Shown piece by piece: positions 10,327-20,781 of a stretch of DNA of 64,000 nt (positions are counted from its first letter, which is position 1; each line of letters opens with the position of its first letter). Under the pieces are notes generated by a model. The model worked only from the letters and a program-made list of their open reading frames with translations. It was not told where the DNA came from and made no database searches. This stretch comes from an uncultured delta proteobacterium (GTDB lineage Bacteria > Myxococcota_A > Polyangia > Polyangiales > B10-G4). The translations under genes were made by a program, and so were the position numbers. The stretch is taken from positions 1 to 64,000 of the forward strand of contig CAVSGI010000011.1 of the NCBI GenBank assembly GCA_963727445.1, given 5' to 3'.

Positions 10327-10821
10327 ATGACGTCAACAAGAAGTCTCATTGCGATTGCGGTGGCCGCGTTCGTCGCGCCTGCGGGTACAGGTTGTTCATG
10401 CGCGGCAAGCCATACGCTCGACGGCGGCGTCATGGACGCTGATGCCGCATCGGTCGAGGATGCATCGGAAGACGCCGACAACCACGATACGTCTGTGGAC
10501 GGTGGCGATGCGCTGGCCTGCAACCCATTCGGGCCATACTTTGGCGCATTGGAATGCACTCCTGAGATCGAGGAGGCTTGTGTCGAGTGGGCTCGCGCGG
10601 CCTGGGGAGGATCTGGGTACGTACACACCACCTGTTTCGATCATGGCGGCGTCAATGCCGCCTGTGATATTGGCGATTACTGTCCAGACCCTGGGTCGAG
10701 CGGTGCTCCTCCGCCCCCATGCCAGTGCACACGCACCCTCATTTGCCCGGGCGGATACCTGTGCGTGAGCGACACTCCGGACGGCCCTCGGCGCTGTGAG
10801 CCGGCGTGCGGCGCACCGTGA
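10327..10821 (+). CDS. Small Cys-rich secreted protein/lipoprotein
   Basis: MTSTRSLIAIAVAAFVAPAGTGC signal, Asp/Ala linker, Cys-rich tail. Confidence 0.7.
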   Translation: MTSTRSLIAIAVAAFVAPAGTGCSCAASHTLDGGVMDADAASVEDASEDADNHDTSVDGGDALACNPFGPYFGALECTPEIEEACVEWARAAWGGSGYVHTTCFDHGGVNAACDIGDYCPDPGSSGAPPPPCQCTRTLICPGGYLCVSDTPDGPRRCEPACGAP

Positions 10822-11033
10822 AGTGAGTGTCGGAGCCTTCCCCGCCGCGCAGAACGGCACTCACATCACCGGATAGATCACCGCGACGATCGAGCCCATG
10901 TCGCCACTACAAACCAAGCTCCGCGTTCGGAGATAGCGGATAGATGGGATGTAAGCGGCTGGCCGCCACTGACGTGGTAGCCGTAGCCCCACAACGTTGA
11001 TCGCGGTCAAGAGCCGCAGAGTGGAGGCCAGCC

Positions 11034-12065
11034 GTGGAGCACATTGGCATCGATGTTCACAAGAAGACAAGTCAGGTCTGCATCCAGACGAAAGAGGGAG
11101 AGCTGTGGGAGCGGCGCGTGGCGACGACGCGCGAAGCCCTGGCGAAGCTGTTCGCCAACCGCGCACGGGCGAAGATCGTGATGGAGGCGTCGACGGACAG
11201 CGAGTGGGTGGCTCGCTGGCTCGAGGAGCTGGGTCACGAGGTGATCGTGGCGGACCCGAACTTCGCGCCGATGTACGCCACGCGGAGCCGCAAAGTGAAG
11301 ACGGACCGGCGCGACGCGCGAGCGCTATGCGACGCCTGCCGGCTCGGCGCGTACCGCCCGGCGCACCGCGCCTCGGACGCGGCTCGGCATCGGCGAGCGC
11401 AGGTCGCGGTGCGTGACGCGCTGGTGCGCACGCGAACGAAGTACATCTCGCTCACCCGGGCACTTCTACGGCGCGAGGGGCTGTCGCCGCGAAGCGGCGG
11501 AGCGGCAACGTTTGCCGCGCGCATCGAGGAGCTGTCGCTGCCAGCGCACCTGTCGCTCGAGGTCGCCCCCCTGCTCGTGATGCTCGAGCAACTCACCGCG
11601 CAGATCCGCGACGCCGACAAGCGCCTCGCCGAGCTCGCCAAGGGCGACGAGGTGGTCGAGCGTCTGTGCACGGTGCCGAGCATCGGGCCCGTCACGGCGG
11701 TGACCTTCGTCGCGGTGGTCGACCAGATCGGCCGCTTCCACAACGCCTCGCAAGTGCGTGCCTATCTGGGCCTGGTGCCGCGCGAGCTGAGCTCGGGCGA
11801 AAAACGAATGAGAGGCCACATCACGAAGACGGGTAGTCGTCGCCTTCGGTCGCTGCTCGTCGAAGCGGCCTGGGGGATCTTGCGGCACAAACGACCGGAG
11901 ACGGCGCCGCTTCGCGAATGGACACTGCGCATCGCCGCGCGGCGCGGCAAACGAATCGCGGCGGTCGCGCTGGCGCGCAAGCTCGCGGGGATCTTGTACG
12001 CGATGTGGCGAGACGGGACGCGCTTCGAGGCGACCGTGAGTCGTGAGGAGGTGGCTGCGGCCTGA
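11034..12065 (+). CDS. IS110 transposase, intact (343 aa)
   Basis: DEDD RuvC-like motifs, GLVP..SSG and ARKLA motifs. Confidence 0.95.
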   Translation: MEHIGIDVHKKTSQVCIQTKEGELWERRVATTREALAKLFANRARAKIVMEASTDSEWVARWLEELGHEVIVADPNFAPMYATRSRKVKTDRRDARALCDACRLGAYRPAHRASDAARHRRAQVAVRDALVRTRTKYISLTRALLRREGLSPRSGGAATFAARIEELSLPAHLSLEVAPLLVMLEQLTAQIRDADKRLAELAKGDEVVERLCTVPSIGPVTAVTFVAVVDQIGRFHNASQVRAYLGLVPRELSSGEKRMRGHITKTGSRRLRSLLVEAAWGILRHKRPETAPLREWTLRIAARRGKRIAAVALARKLAGILYAMWRDGTRFEATVSREEVAAA

Positions 12066-12082
12066 CCTGCAAACGTGACGAA

Positions 12083-12315
12083 CGATGACCCGCTCTTCGT
12101 GAAGGGAACCGATTATGGTGATCGAGCGCGACATGCTTACTGGCTGCTGTCGAACGCCGACGGATAGATGGCGCCGATCACCACCGAATCCCACCCTGCG
12201 CCGCGGCCTCGAAGCCGCCCCAGTCGAGCGCGAACAGAAGGCTGAACAACCCGTCACGTACGAGCGAAACGACGAACCCGAGCCGAAGCGAAGGAGACGA
12301 GCCACGACGACGTAG
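12083..12315 (+). ncRNA. Putative bridge/seek RNA of IS110 copy 2 (boundaries approximate)
   Basis: Target guides CATGCTTACT (12132-41) and CGGATAG (12161-67); donor guides ATCCCA and ACAGAAG identical to copy 1. Confidence 0.75.
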
Positions 12316-13942
12316 AGCGCAAAATCAAAAACAACGCAGTTGACCGGGGTGGCCGCTTCACAGAAGTAACCACGAACGGCCTCGCGCCGCCGCAGGCGGT
12401 GTGACGAGTCGACAGATCGTACCTTGAACCAAGCCGCCTGCGGCGGCGGCTCCCTCGCGCCTGCCGCGTGTTATGCTGGACCCGCTGCCCATTCGGGGGT
12501 GCGGAATGCTCAGCCGACTCCTCTCAGGGCAGCTGGGAGGCAGCATTGGACAAGGGGTCCTACGAGCTCCGTGGCCTTCGTCCCCGCGGTCGAGAATAGC
12601 GTCCCGGTTCCTTGCACGTCCCACGCAGGTGGCGCGTGTATTCGTGCGCCCGCTGTGAGTCGGCGCTCGTCGAATTCCCCATAGCGCCTCTCCACCCGAA
12701 GCGGTCCCGGTAGGCTCGGCTCAAACTGTGTTCCGTCGAGCGCGCAGCCACCGCTGCCTGCAGTAGCGTCCGTCAAGGTGGTGTAAGAGGCCACCGCGTC
12801 ATCGTGGGCTAAGCGGTCATCGGCAGCGTCGGCTCCTCCGTGTCGTCGTTCGGCTTCCGGACCAAGTCCTCGAGAGAGCCGATGGTGAGGTAGCGCCTCA
12901 TGATGGCCCACTCGTCGTGCTGCTCCGCCAAGACGGCGCCGAGCAGACGAATGACAGAGTCGCGGTTGGGGAAGATGCCGACGACGTCGCTGCGGCGCCT
13001 GAGTTCCTTGTTCAGTCGTTCCTGCGGGTTGTTGCTCCACACGCGACGCCAGTGCGCCTCCGGGAAGCTCGTGAAGGCGAGCAGCTCCGGCGCGGCCTCG
13101 TCGAGGAGCTTCGCCGCGTCGCCGAAGCGCTCCTCGAGCTTGGAGACGACCTCGCTGTGCTGCGCCCAGACGGCGTCGGCGTTCGGCTGCTGGAAGATGC
13201 TGCGCACGAGCGTGGCGACGAGGCCCTGCGCGCTCTTCGGCACGCGCGTCAGCAGGTTCCGCATGAAGTGCGTCTTGCATCGCTGCCACGACGCGCCCGG
13301 GAGCACGGCGCCGACGGCGGCCTTCAGCCCCTCGTGCGCGTCGCTCACGACGAGCTTGACGCCGCTGAGACCTCGCGCGACGAGACCGCGAAGAAACGTC
13401 GTCCACGACGCTCCGTCCTCGACCGTGACGACGTCGACACCGAGCACCTCGCGGTGACCGTCGGCGTTCACGCCCGTCGCGACGACGACCGCGACATTGA
13501 CGATGCGGCCGAGCTCGCGGCTCTTGACGCACATCGCGTCGAGCCAGACGTACGGGTACGCCTCCGCATCCAGCGGCCGATTGCGGAACGCATCGACCTG
13601 CTCGTCAAGGCTCTTCGCGAGCTCGCTCACCTGCGACTTGCTGATGCCTTCGATGCCTGTTAACGAGCGACGTATCTGAGGTCGCTGCCCTCGATTTCGC
13701 GCACGAAGCGTGAGGGGAACGGGTTCGGCGAGGGGCCGATGGTCATCGCCGATTTCTTCGGTCGGCGGGGTCGTCCGGGCTCTGATGCGCGCCGGAGGCG
13801 GAGCATCGGTGCGGAGCCGGTCGCGTTAAATAGATGACGGGGGTGGGTTTGGCCGCCACTCCCCCGTCGTGCTCCGACGCAGCTGAATACGAAGCGGAGC
13901 ACTACACGAGTCGTCTACTTCGACGTCGACGTCAAGTCTTGG

Positions 13943-14485
13943 ATGAGCGCGCCGCCGTCGGTATCGGCGGTCCGGCCGGCGCGCTGTCCGTGCTGCGGTG
14001 CGCCCGGCGCGGCCGCCGGGAGGCCGAAAGCGCTGGTCGGGCATGGGCTCAGGAGCCGGATCCTGCTCGGTCCGGCCAGCCCCGATGACCGTCCCGAGGT
14101 CGCGGCGCTCGAGGCCCGACGCTACCGATGCCGGCGGTGCGGGGCGATCGTCGTCAGCTTGCCGCGCGGCGTGCTGCGCCGACTTCGCTACACCGCCGTG
14201 GCCATCGCCCTCGCGCTCGCGATGTGGGTCGACGGGACGTCGAGCGCCGCAGTCCGCACCCGCGTCAGCCCCTTCGCCATCGTCGGCGACGACGCCATCC
14301 GCGGCTGGCGCTCGCTTCGCCGATGGGCACGTGCAGCCCGTCGGCTCTGGCCGCCGATCCGTCCTGCGCCCCACGCCTCGCCGCGACTGCTCGCGGCCGA
14401 CGTCGTCCGCCAGCTCGCCGCGCTCGCGCCGCTGACGACCGGCGCCCTCGTCCGCGACGCGTGCGCCGGAGCGCTTCGATGCTGA
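13943..14485 (+). CDS. Transposon accessory Zn-ribbon protein
   Basis: CPCC and RYRCRRC motifs; first gene of the element. Confidence 0.65.
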   Translation: MSAPPSVSAVRPARCPCCGAPGAAAGRPKALVGHGLRSRILLGPASPDDRPEVAALEARRYRCRRCGAIVVSLPRGVLRRLRYTAVAIALALAMWVDGTSSAAVRTRVSPFAIVGDDAIRGWRSLRRWARAARRLWPPIRPAPHASPRLLAADVVRQLAALAPLTTGALVRDACAGALRC

Positions 14486-14592
14486 GGGACATCGGGTGCG
14501 ATCTCGCACGGATGCAGGGCCCACCACATGGGGTCGTCGCGGTCGCCACGACGGCCGGTGCCTCCTCGGCGCTCGACCGAAAGGAGACATCG

Positions 14593-15921
14593 ATGACCGA
14601 CAAGCTCAGTGCCAAAGACCACGCCGAGGCCGTCGCGCTCTTCCGCGCGCAGGTGATCGGGCCGCTCGTGTGCCGCGACGACCTGACGCACGGCGAGCTC
14701 GCCGAGGCGCTGCGCGAGCTCAGCGCGCAGCCCTTCCGTCCGCCCGGCGCCGACGTGAGCCGCACGTACGCCATCTCGACGCTCGAGCGCTGGCTCTACC
14801 GATACCGAAAAGGGGGGCTCGGTGCGCTCGTCCCTCAGCGCCGCAGCGATCGCGGCCACGCGCAGGCGCTCGACGACGCGCAGAAGAAGCTGCTCGTCGC
14901 CATCCGCAAGGCGCACCCGCGCGTGAGCGCCGCGCTGATCTTGAGGACGCTCGTCTCGGACGGCCGTCTCGAGGCGGGAGTCGTCACCGAATCGACGCTC
15001 CGGCGTTTCTACGCCGAGCGCGGTCTCGACCGCCAGACGCTGAAGCACGCGGAGCACGGGCCGCGCCGCCGCTGGCAGTCGCCCCGGCCGAACGCGGTCT
15101 GGCACGCCGATGTCGTGCACGGCCCGGCGCTCCGCATCGCGGGCAAGAGCGTGCCGCTGCGCATCCACGGCATCCTCGATGACCACAGCCGCTACGTCGT
15201 GGCGATCGAGGCGTGCGCGACAGAGCGCGAGAGCGAGATGCTCCGGCTGATCGTCAAGGCGATGCGCCTGCACGGTCCGCCGGACGTGCTCTACCTCGAT
15301 AACGGCGCGACGTACGTCGGCGACACGCTCAAGACGGCGTGCTTTCGCCTCGGTGTCGCGCTCGTGCACGCGCGTCCACGCGACCCGCAGGCGCGGGGCA
15401 AGATGGAGCGCCTGTGGCGGACGCTTCGCGAGCAGTGTCTGTCGCACCTGCACGAGCCCGCGTCGCTTCACGACGTGCAGCTGCGCCTGCTCGCCTGGCG
15501 CGACAAGCACTACCTCGTCACCCCGCACGGCTCGCTGATGGGCAAGACGCCCGCCGAGGTCTACGAGGCCTACGAGCCCGAGCACGTGACCGAGCCGATG
15601 CTGCGCGAAGCCCTCATCGTCCGCGGACGTCGCCGCGTCCGTCGCGACTGCACCGTCTCGGTCGCCGGCCGCGACTTCGAGGTCGCCCAGGGCTACCTCG
15701 CGGGGCGCCTCGTCACGATCGGCCGGTGCCTGCTCGACCCGACCGAGCCGCCGTGGGTCGAGCACGAGGAGCAGCGCCTCGTGCTCAGCCCCGTCGACCC
15801 GACGAGCAACGCCCGACGTCGACGGACGGCCGAGCGACGACGCCGCGGCCTCGACGCCGTCGACTTCGACCCGCCGGGCGCGCTCCTCGCCGAGCTCACG
15901 AAGAAGGGCGGTCGCTCGTGA
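14593..15921 (+). CDS. DDE (rve/Mu-type) transposase
   Basis: AAGGAG RBS before ATG; WHAD, LDDHSR, YLDNG and GKMERLWR motifs; Mu-like C-terminus. Confidence 0.9.
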   Translation: MTDKLSAKDHAEAVALFRAQVIGPLVCRDDLTHGELAEALRELSAQPFRPPGADVSRTYAISTLERWLYRYRKGGLGALVPQRRSDRGHAQALDDAQKKLLVAIRKAHPRVSAALILRTLVSDGRLEAGVVTESTLRRFYAERGLDRQTLKHAEHGPRRRWQSPRPNAVWHADVVHGPALRIAGKSVPLRIHGILDDHSRYVVAIEACATERESEMLRLIVKAMRLHGPPDVLYLDNGATYVGDTLKTACFRLGVALVHARPRDPQARGKMERLWRTLREQCLSHLHEPASLHDVQLRLLAWRDKHYLVTPHGSLMGKTPAEVYEAYEPEHVTEPMLREALIVRGRRRVRRDCTVSVAGRDFEVAQGYLAGRLVTIGRCLLDPTEPPWVEHEEQRLVLSPVDPTSNARRRRTAERRRRGLDAVDFDPPGALLAELTKKGGRS

Positions 15922-16733
15922 GCGCCCCGCGATGGCTCGGCGCCTTCGGTCTTTCGCGTGCGCCCTTCAGCAAGGAGCTCGGTGACGCCGAGCTGTGGGT
16001 CCCCGCCTCGCGCAAGCGCATCGTCGACCGCGTCGTCGAGGCGTGCCACGAGCGCGGACACGTCCTGCTCACCGGCGAGCCCGGCGTCGGCAAGACCTGC
16101 GTCCTACGCGCCGTGCGCCGCCGCCTCCCCAGCGACGGCTTTCGCCTCACCTACTGTCACAACGCCACCCTCGGGCGCCGCGATTTCTACCGTCAGCTCT
16201 GCCTCGCGCTCGGCCTGAGCCCGAGCGCCACCGCCGCCGCCGTCTTCTACGCCATCAACACGCACGTCACCGAGCTCGGCACCGAGCGCATCCACCCCGT
16301 CTTCCTCCTCGACGAGGCGCACCTGCTTCACCAGGACGTCCTCGACCACCTCCACATCCTCACCAACTACGAGTGGGACTCCGCCGCGCTCCTCTCGCTC
16401 GTCCTCGTGGGCCTGCCCGACCTCGACGACCGCCTCGCCCTGCGCAAGAACCGCTCGCTGCAGAGCCGCGTCCACACGCGCCTCCACCTCGGCGAAGCGC
16501 TCCCCGAGGACACCGCCGAGTACGTCGGTCATCGCATGAAGCTCGCCGGCTGCTCCCGCGACGTCTTCACCACCGACGCCATCGCCCTGCTCCACGAGGT
16601 CTGCGCCGGGCGCCTGCGCGACATCGACCGCCTTGCGACCGACGCCCTCAAGCGCGCCGCCCGCCGCAAGGCCCGCAAGGTCGACCACCAGATCGTCGAG
16701 CTCGTCTTCAAGGGCGACGACATCGACGACTGA
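15918..16733 (+). CDS. ExeA/TnsC-like AAA ATPase
   Basis: Walker A GEPGVGKT, Walker B FLLDEAH; GTGA overlap with the transposase stop. Confidence 0.9.
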   Translation: MSAPRWLGAFGLSRAPFSKELGDAELWVPASRKRIVDRVVEACHERGHVLLTGEPGVGKTCVLRAVRRRLPSDGFRLTYCHNATLGRRDFYRQLCLALGLSPSATAAAVFYAINTHVTELGTERIHPVFLLDEAHLLHQDVLDHLHILTNYEWDSAALLSLVLVGLPDLDDRLALRKNRSLQSRVHTRLHLGEALPEDTAEYVGHRMKLAGCSRDVFTTDAIALLHEVCAGRLRDIDRLATDALKRAARRKARKVDHQIVELVFKGDDIDD

Positions 16734-17490
16734 CAGCGCCGCGCCACGCACCATGATGGCCTTCGCGTCTCGGCAGCGCATCGCCGGACGCGAGGGCCAT
16801 CGCCTGCGTCAGCTGCTCGTCATGCCGCGAGGGGCATCAAGCAGGCTGCGTGAAAATCCCTCGGATAGCGTGCGCGGTAACAATGCCGAGCTGCTTCACG
16901 ACGGCGTCGACCTTCCGCGTCGATACGCCCTGCACCCACGTCTCGGCGATGACCGCCACGAGCGCCTTCTCGCTCCGCTTGCGCGGCTCGAGCAGCCAGT
17001 CCGGAAAGTAGCTCCCCTTGCGCAGCTTCGGAATCGCCAGGTCGATGCTGCCGACCCGCGTGTCCCAACGCCGTCGTCGAAATCCGTTGCGCTGATTCGT
17101 CCGCTCCTCGCTCCGCACGCCCCACGGCGCGTTGCACAGCCCCTCGGCCTCCATCTCCATCAGCGCCTCGGCCATGAACTGCACCATCGACCGGAGCTGG
17201 TCGCCGTCCGCTGCTTCGAGGTGCTTGCGCATCAGCGCCACTGCATCCATCGTCTTCTTCGTCTCGGTCATCGTCGTCCTCCTCGTTGGTTCGCAACTCG
17301 AAGATGACGCGATGGCCGAGACGTTAATAGGTCTCAGGCTTGATCACTCGTGCCTGCTCTTACACCACGCGATTGGACGTTACCCTGCCTGCACAGCTAC
17401 GTCATCTGGCGCGCGCGACGGAACACTCCTACTTCTCGGAAACTCGGGCGTCCGGTGAAGGGGTTGGCTTCCGTGGAGGCTGGAAACCGG

Positions 17491-17898
17491 AGCTACAAGA
17501 ACCCGAAGATCCTCGACGCCGAGGCGCTTCGCGCCGCGAGCGTCGCCCTCGCCGACGTCGACATCCGGAACGAGAGCTTCGAGGCGCTCCTCGAGAACGC
17601 CCGCCCCGGCGACTTCGTCTACTTCGATCCGCCTTACGCGCCTGTGAGCGAGACCGCGAACTTCACGAGCTATGCCCAGGACGGCTTCGGCCCGGACATG
17701 CAGGTGAAGCTGCGCGACGTCTACCGCGTGCTCGACCGGCGCGGCTGCAAGCTGATGCTCTCCAACAGTGACGTCCCCTTCATCCGCGACCTGTACCGCG
17801 GCTTCGAGATCGACACCGTGGCGGCACCCCGCGCCGTGAACTGCGACGCGACCCGCCGCGGCAAGGTCAGCGAGGTCGTCGTCCGCAACTACCAGTGA
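17491..17898 (+). pseudogene. DNA adenine methylase (Dam/D12 class), C-terminal part only
   Basis: YKNPKI, DFVYFDPPY, FTSY and LSNS motifs; 5' part replaced by the element B end. Confidence 0.85.
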
Positions 17899-17901
17899 GG
17901 C

Positions 17902-18991
17902 TCAGCCGAAGGCCGCGGCGAAGAGCAGGACCGCGGCGGCCATCAGGGCGACGTTCGCGAAGAGCCAGTGGCGATCGCGCCGCTTTTCGTGCAGCGCCTC
18001 GGGTGTGATCCCGGCGTAGACGCGAGTCACGCGGAGCTCGGCCTGTGCTCGGTAGGCGCCCTCCCCGGCCGTGACGCCTTCGCCCAGAACGTGCCAATCG
18101 GGGCACAGCGCCTCACCGAAGACGCGCGCGCCCCGCAGGTCCAGGGCGTGCGCGGCGCCGTCGAGCGCCACCAGAACGGGGCGCGCGCGATCCTCTTCGC
18201 GCACGAGGCCGGAGACGACCGGCCCGACGCGCGCCGCGACGAGCCACCGCTGCTGGCGAAGGGCGAGGGCGCCGAAGAGCGCGGTCAGGCCGAGGACCAG
18301 CGCCAACGCGGCTCGAAGTGGGGTGGACGACGCGACTCTCGCGCGTGAGAGCGGTCCGTCGGGCCAAGCGCCCCCCGGCGAGAGCTCCACCACCGCGTCA
18401 CCGTAGCGCAGACGCGCCCGTCCCTTCGGCTCGAGCTCGAAGGAGACCAGCGCGGTGAGCACGCCGAGCGGTGTCGATGGACGCTCGAGGGCGGCCACCT
18501 CGTAGACATCCCCGCCCTCGGTCACCCGGCTCACGACAATCGCGCGATGGTTGCGCTCCCAGGCAACCCAGCCGGCCCCCTCGCCCTCCGAGGCGAGCAC
18601 CGGCGCCCATCGACTAGTGCAGCCCGGGAGATTCGATCCGGTCGTAGAGGGGGCCAACCGAGTCGAGGAGCATCAGGCCGCAGTCGGAGCCGAAGCCGCC
18701 CCGCGGATAGCCGATCACGACGACGCCGGGCGAGAGCCTGGCTCGCGACACCAGGACGCGCGCACGCTCGACGCTGGGCTCGAATCGCGGGTGCACCTCG
18801 CGCCCGCCCAGGAGCCGCGCGTAGGAGTGATCGCCCAGATCGACGTGCTCCGGCTCCTGCTCGTCCGCCCAGGGGTCGTCGGCGAAGCGGGGCGGCGCCG
18901 GGAGCCAAGCCACCCCGACCAACGCCAACACCCCCAAGCCCGTCATCCCCGCCAGCGCCGCCCGACCCACGAAGGACTTCGACAACACCAC
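17902..18991 (-). CDS. Hypothetical membrane protein, probably one gene with a frameshift near 18630
   Basis: Overlapping ORFs 18614-18991 and 17902-18657 with hydrophobic segments. Confidence 0.5.
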
Positions 18992-19100
18992 CCGAGAAAA
19001 GATTCCTAGCGACCCAGCGAGTACGTTCCGGCACCGAATCCGCCCCCGGCAACGCAGGGGGCCCGAGCCGCAGCCCCGTTCCTCCGGTCAGTGGTGGCGG

Positions 19101-19266
19101 CTACTCGACGTTGACCGGAATGTTCTGGGTGGCGCCGTCCATGAAGGTGAGGCCGCGGACGCGGATTTCGTGCCCGCGGACCTTCACGTTGGCCTCGTAG
19201 CGGCCCGGGGAGATCGGCACGTGATCGTCGCCCACCCGGAATGTCGCGACCGGCTCCTCGCTGCCC
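19101..19266 (-). pseudogene. 3' fragment of a gene truncated at a repeat end
   Basis: Reads ..EEPVATFRVGDDHVPISPGRYEANVKVRGHEIRVRGLTFMDGATQNIPVNVE* with high-GC3 codons and no start. Confidence 0.6.
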
Positions 19267-19286
19267 GCTGATAGCCATCACAAACG

Positions 19287-20746
19287 CAATGCCGATCAGA
19301 TAGCCGGCAAGTGATCGGAATAATTGGGCTGGTGGAGGTCGCTATCTGCTGTGCAGGAAACGGATCAGACTGCGGTTCATCTCGAGGAGGTGACCGTGCT
19401 GCAAGGAATCGTCGAGAGGTGCGCCGAGCTGGGGGCGCCGACAGGCCTGGACACTTTGCGGCGCGGGTTGCCGGCAACGTGGATCGAAGAGGCGCTTGTA
19501 GCCACGGGTACGGCAACGGTACGACGGCGGCGTCTTCCGGCTGAGCAGGTCGTGTGGCTGGTGCTGGGGATGGCGCTGTTCAAGGACCGCTCGATCACGG
19601 AGCTGGTGAACAAGCTGGACCTAGCGCTCGCTGGGCGGAAGGTCACGGTGGCGCCGAGTGCAGTCACTCAGGCGCGCGCTCGTGTGGGAAGCGAGCCACT
19701 GCGCTGGCTATTCGACAAGTGCGGCACGCGTTGGGCGGACGAAAGCGCGAACAGTGATCGCTGGCATGGCCTGGCCTTGTACGGGGTCGACGGGACGTGT
19801 CTACGAGTTCCAGATTCGCAGGCCAATCGCGCGCACTTCGGTCTGCCGCCAGGCCCACGCGCGGTACTTGGCGGGGGATATCCCGTGGTGCGCGCGGTCG
19901 CGCTGACAGCACTCCGTTCACACATGATTCGGAGCGTGCGATTCGGCCCCTTCACCGCGGGTGAGCACACCTATGCGCGTGAGCTTTGGGGCGACATCCC
20001 CGACGATTCCCTGACCATTCTCGATCGCGGATTCCAGGCGTCCAACGTCTTGTTCCCGCTGCACGCCGCAGGCCGCAACCGCCACTGGCTGGTGCGAGCG
20101 CGCTCTGACACCAACGGCAAGGTCATCAAGCGCTTCGGTCCCAACGACACGTTGGTGCAGTTCACGATCACCGCACCGACACGGCGCAAGGATCCTTCGT
20201 TGCCGATGCATTGGCAGGTGAGATGTGTTCGCTACAAGCATCGCGGAGGCAAACCACAGATGCTGCTCACGTCGCTTCTGAACCCCGTCGAGCATCCGGC
20301 AAGAGAGCTCGTCGCGCTCTATCACGAGCGTTGGGAAATCGAGATGAGCTTCGACGAGCTCAAGGCCGACATGCTCGAACGTCACGTCCCCATCCGCAGC
20401 CAGACGCCAGAAGGCGTACGACAAGAGCTGTGGGGCATTCTTCTCGCCTACAATCTCGTGCGGCGTGAGATGGAGCGGGTCGCTGAGGATGCTGGCGTCA
20501 GCCCGCTGCGCATCAGCTTCATCGCCTCCTATCGCTACATCCGAGACGAGTTTCTCTGGTGCGCAATCGCAGCTCCGGGCGCCATCCCGAAGCACCTTCG
20601 ACGGCTGCGCGAGCACCTTGCTCTGTATGTGCTTCCGCCCCGTCGTTCAGACCGCGCCTATCCTCGACAACGAAAACGCAGGATGAGCCAGTACCCACCC
20701 AACCGCAGAAGAAACACTGCTCCGAAGTCTTAACTGAATGGCATTG
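19287..20746 (+). mobile_element. IS4-family element without flanking target duplication
   Basis: Inverted repeats CAATGCCGATCAGATA / CAATGCCATTCAGTTA. Confidence 0.9.
19324..20733 (+). CDS. IS4-family DDE transposase (true start probably further downstream)
   Basis: [21 protein letters not shown] and [15 protein letters not shown] (YREK) motifs. Confidence 0.92.
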   Translation: MGWWRSLSAVQETDQTAVHLEEVTVLQGIVERCAELGAPTGLDTLRRGLPATWIEEALVATGTATVRRRRLPAEQVVWLVLGMALFKDRSITELVNKLDLALAGRKVTVAPSAVTQARARVGSEPLRWLFDKCGTRWADESANSDRWHGLALYGVDGTCLRVPDSQANRAHFGLPPGPRAVLGGGYPVVRAVALTALRSHMIRSVRFGPFTAGEHTYARELWGDIPDDSLTILDRGFQASNVLFPLHAAGRNRHWLVRARSDTNGKVIKRFGPNDTLVQFTITAPTRRKDPSLPMHWQVRCVRYKHRGGKPQMLLTSLLNPVEHPARELVALYHERWEIEMSFDELKADMLERHVPIRSQTPEGVRQELWGILLAYNLVRREMERVAEDAGVSPLRISFIASYRYIRDEFLWCAIAAPGAIPKHLRRLREHLALYVLPPRRSDRAYPRQRKRRMSQYPPNRRRNTAPKS

Positions 20747-20781
20747 CGTTCATGCTGACTATCAACCATGCTGACTATCAA

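Larger units (their letters stand above)
10942..12366 (+). mobile_element. IS110 family (IS1111 group) element, copy 2
   Basis: AG core at 10942-43 and 12365-66; same ends as copy 1. Confidence 0.93.
13658..16882 (+). mobile_element. Mu/IS21-like three-gene transposon (Zn-ribbon ORF, DDE integrase, ExeA-like ATPase)
   Basis: TGT...ACA ends (TGTTAACGAGCGACGTATCTGAGG vs TGTTACCGCGCACGCTATCCGAGG); 5-bp target duplication ATGCC (13653-57 and 16883-87). Confidence 0.9.
12809..17271 (-). pseudogene. IS256 (Mutator-type) transposase split into 17271-16883 and 13657-12809
   Basis: N-terminal RNGFRRR..IPKLRKGSYFP..GVSTRKV; C-terminal YVWLDA, VSDAHEGL, WQRCKTHF and NNPQERLN. Confidence 0.92.
12762..17384 (-). 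mobile_element. IS256-family element, interrupted
   Basis: Imperfect terminal inverted repeats AGTAGCGTCC..GTGGTGTAAGAG / GGTAACGTCC..GTGGTGTAAGAG; 8-bp target duplication CTGCCTGC (12754-61 and 17385-92). Confidence 0.9.
10935..17494 (+). mobile_element. Element B: non-autonomous (~0.5 kb) relative of element A carrying nested IS110, IS256 and Mu-like insertions
   Basis: Same end modules as element A in opposite orientation (10935-10943, 12367-12432, 12675-12761, 17393-17494); AGC at both termini; no transposase of its own. Confidence 0.78.

Noticed and set aside
10920..10937. Left flank of element B as the 5' part of the Dam gene (joined frame reads AFGDSYKNP)
   Set aside because: Similarity stops after a few codons and upstream sequence has no methylase motifs; likely coincidence
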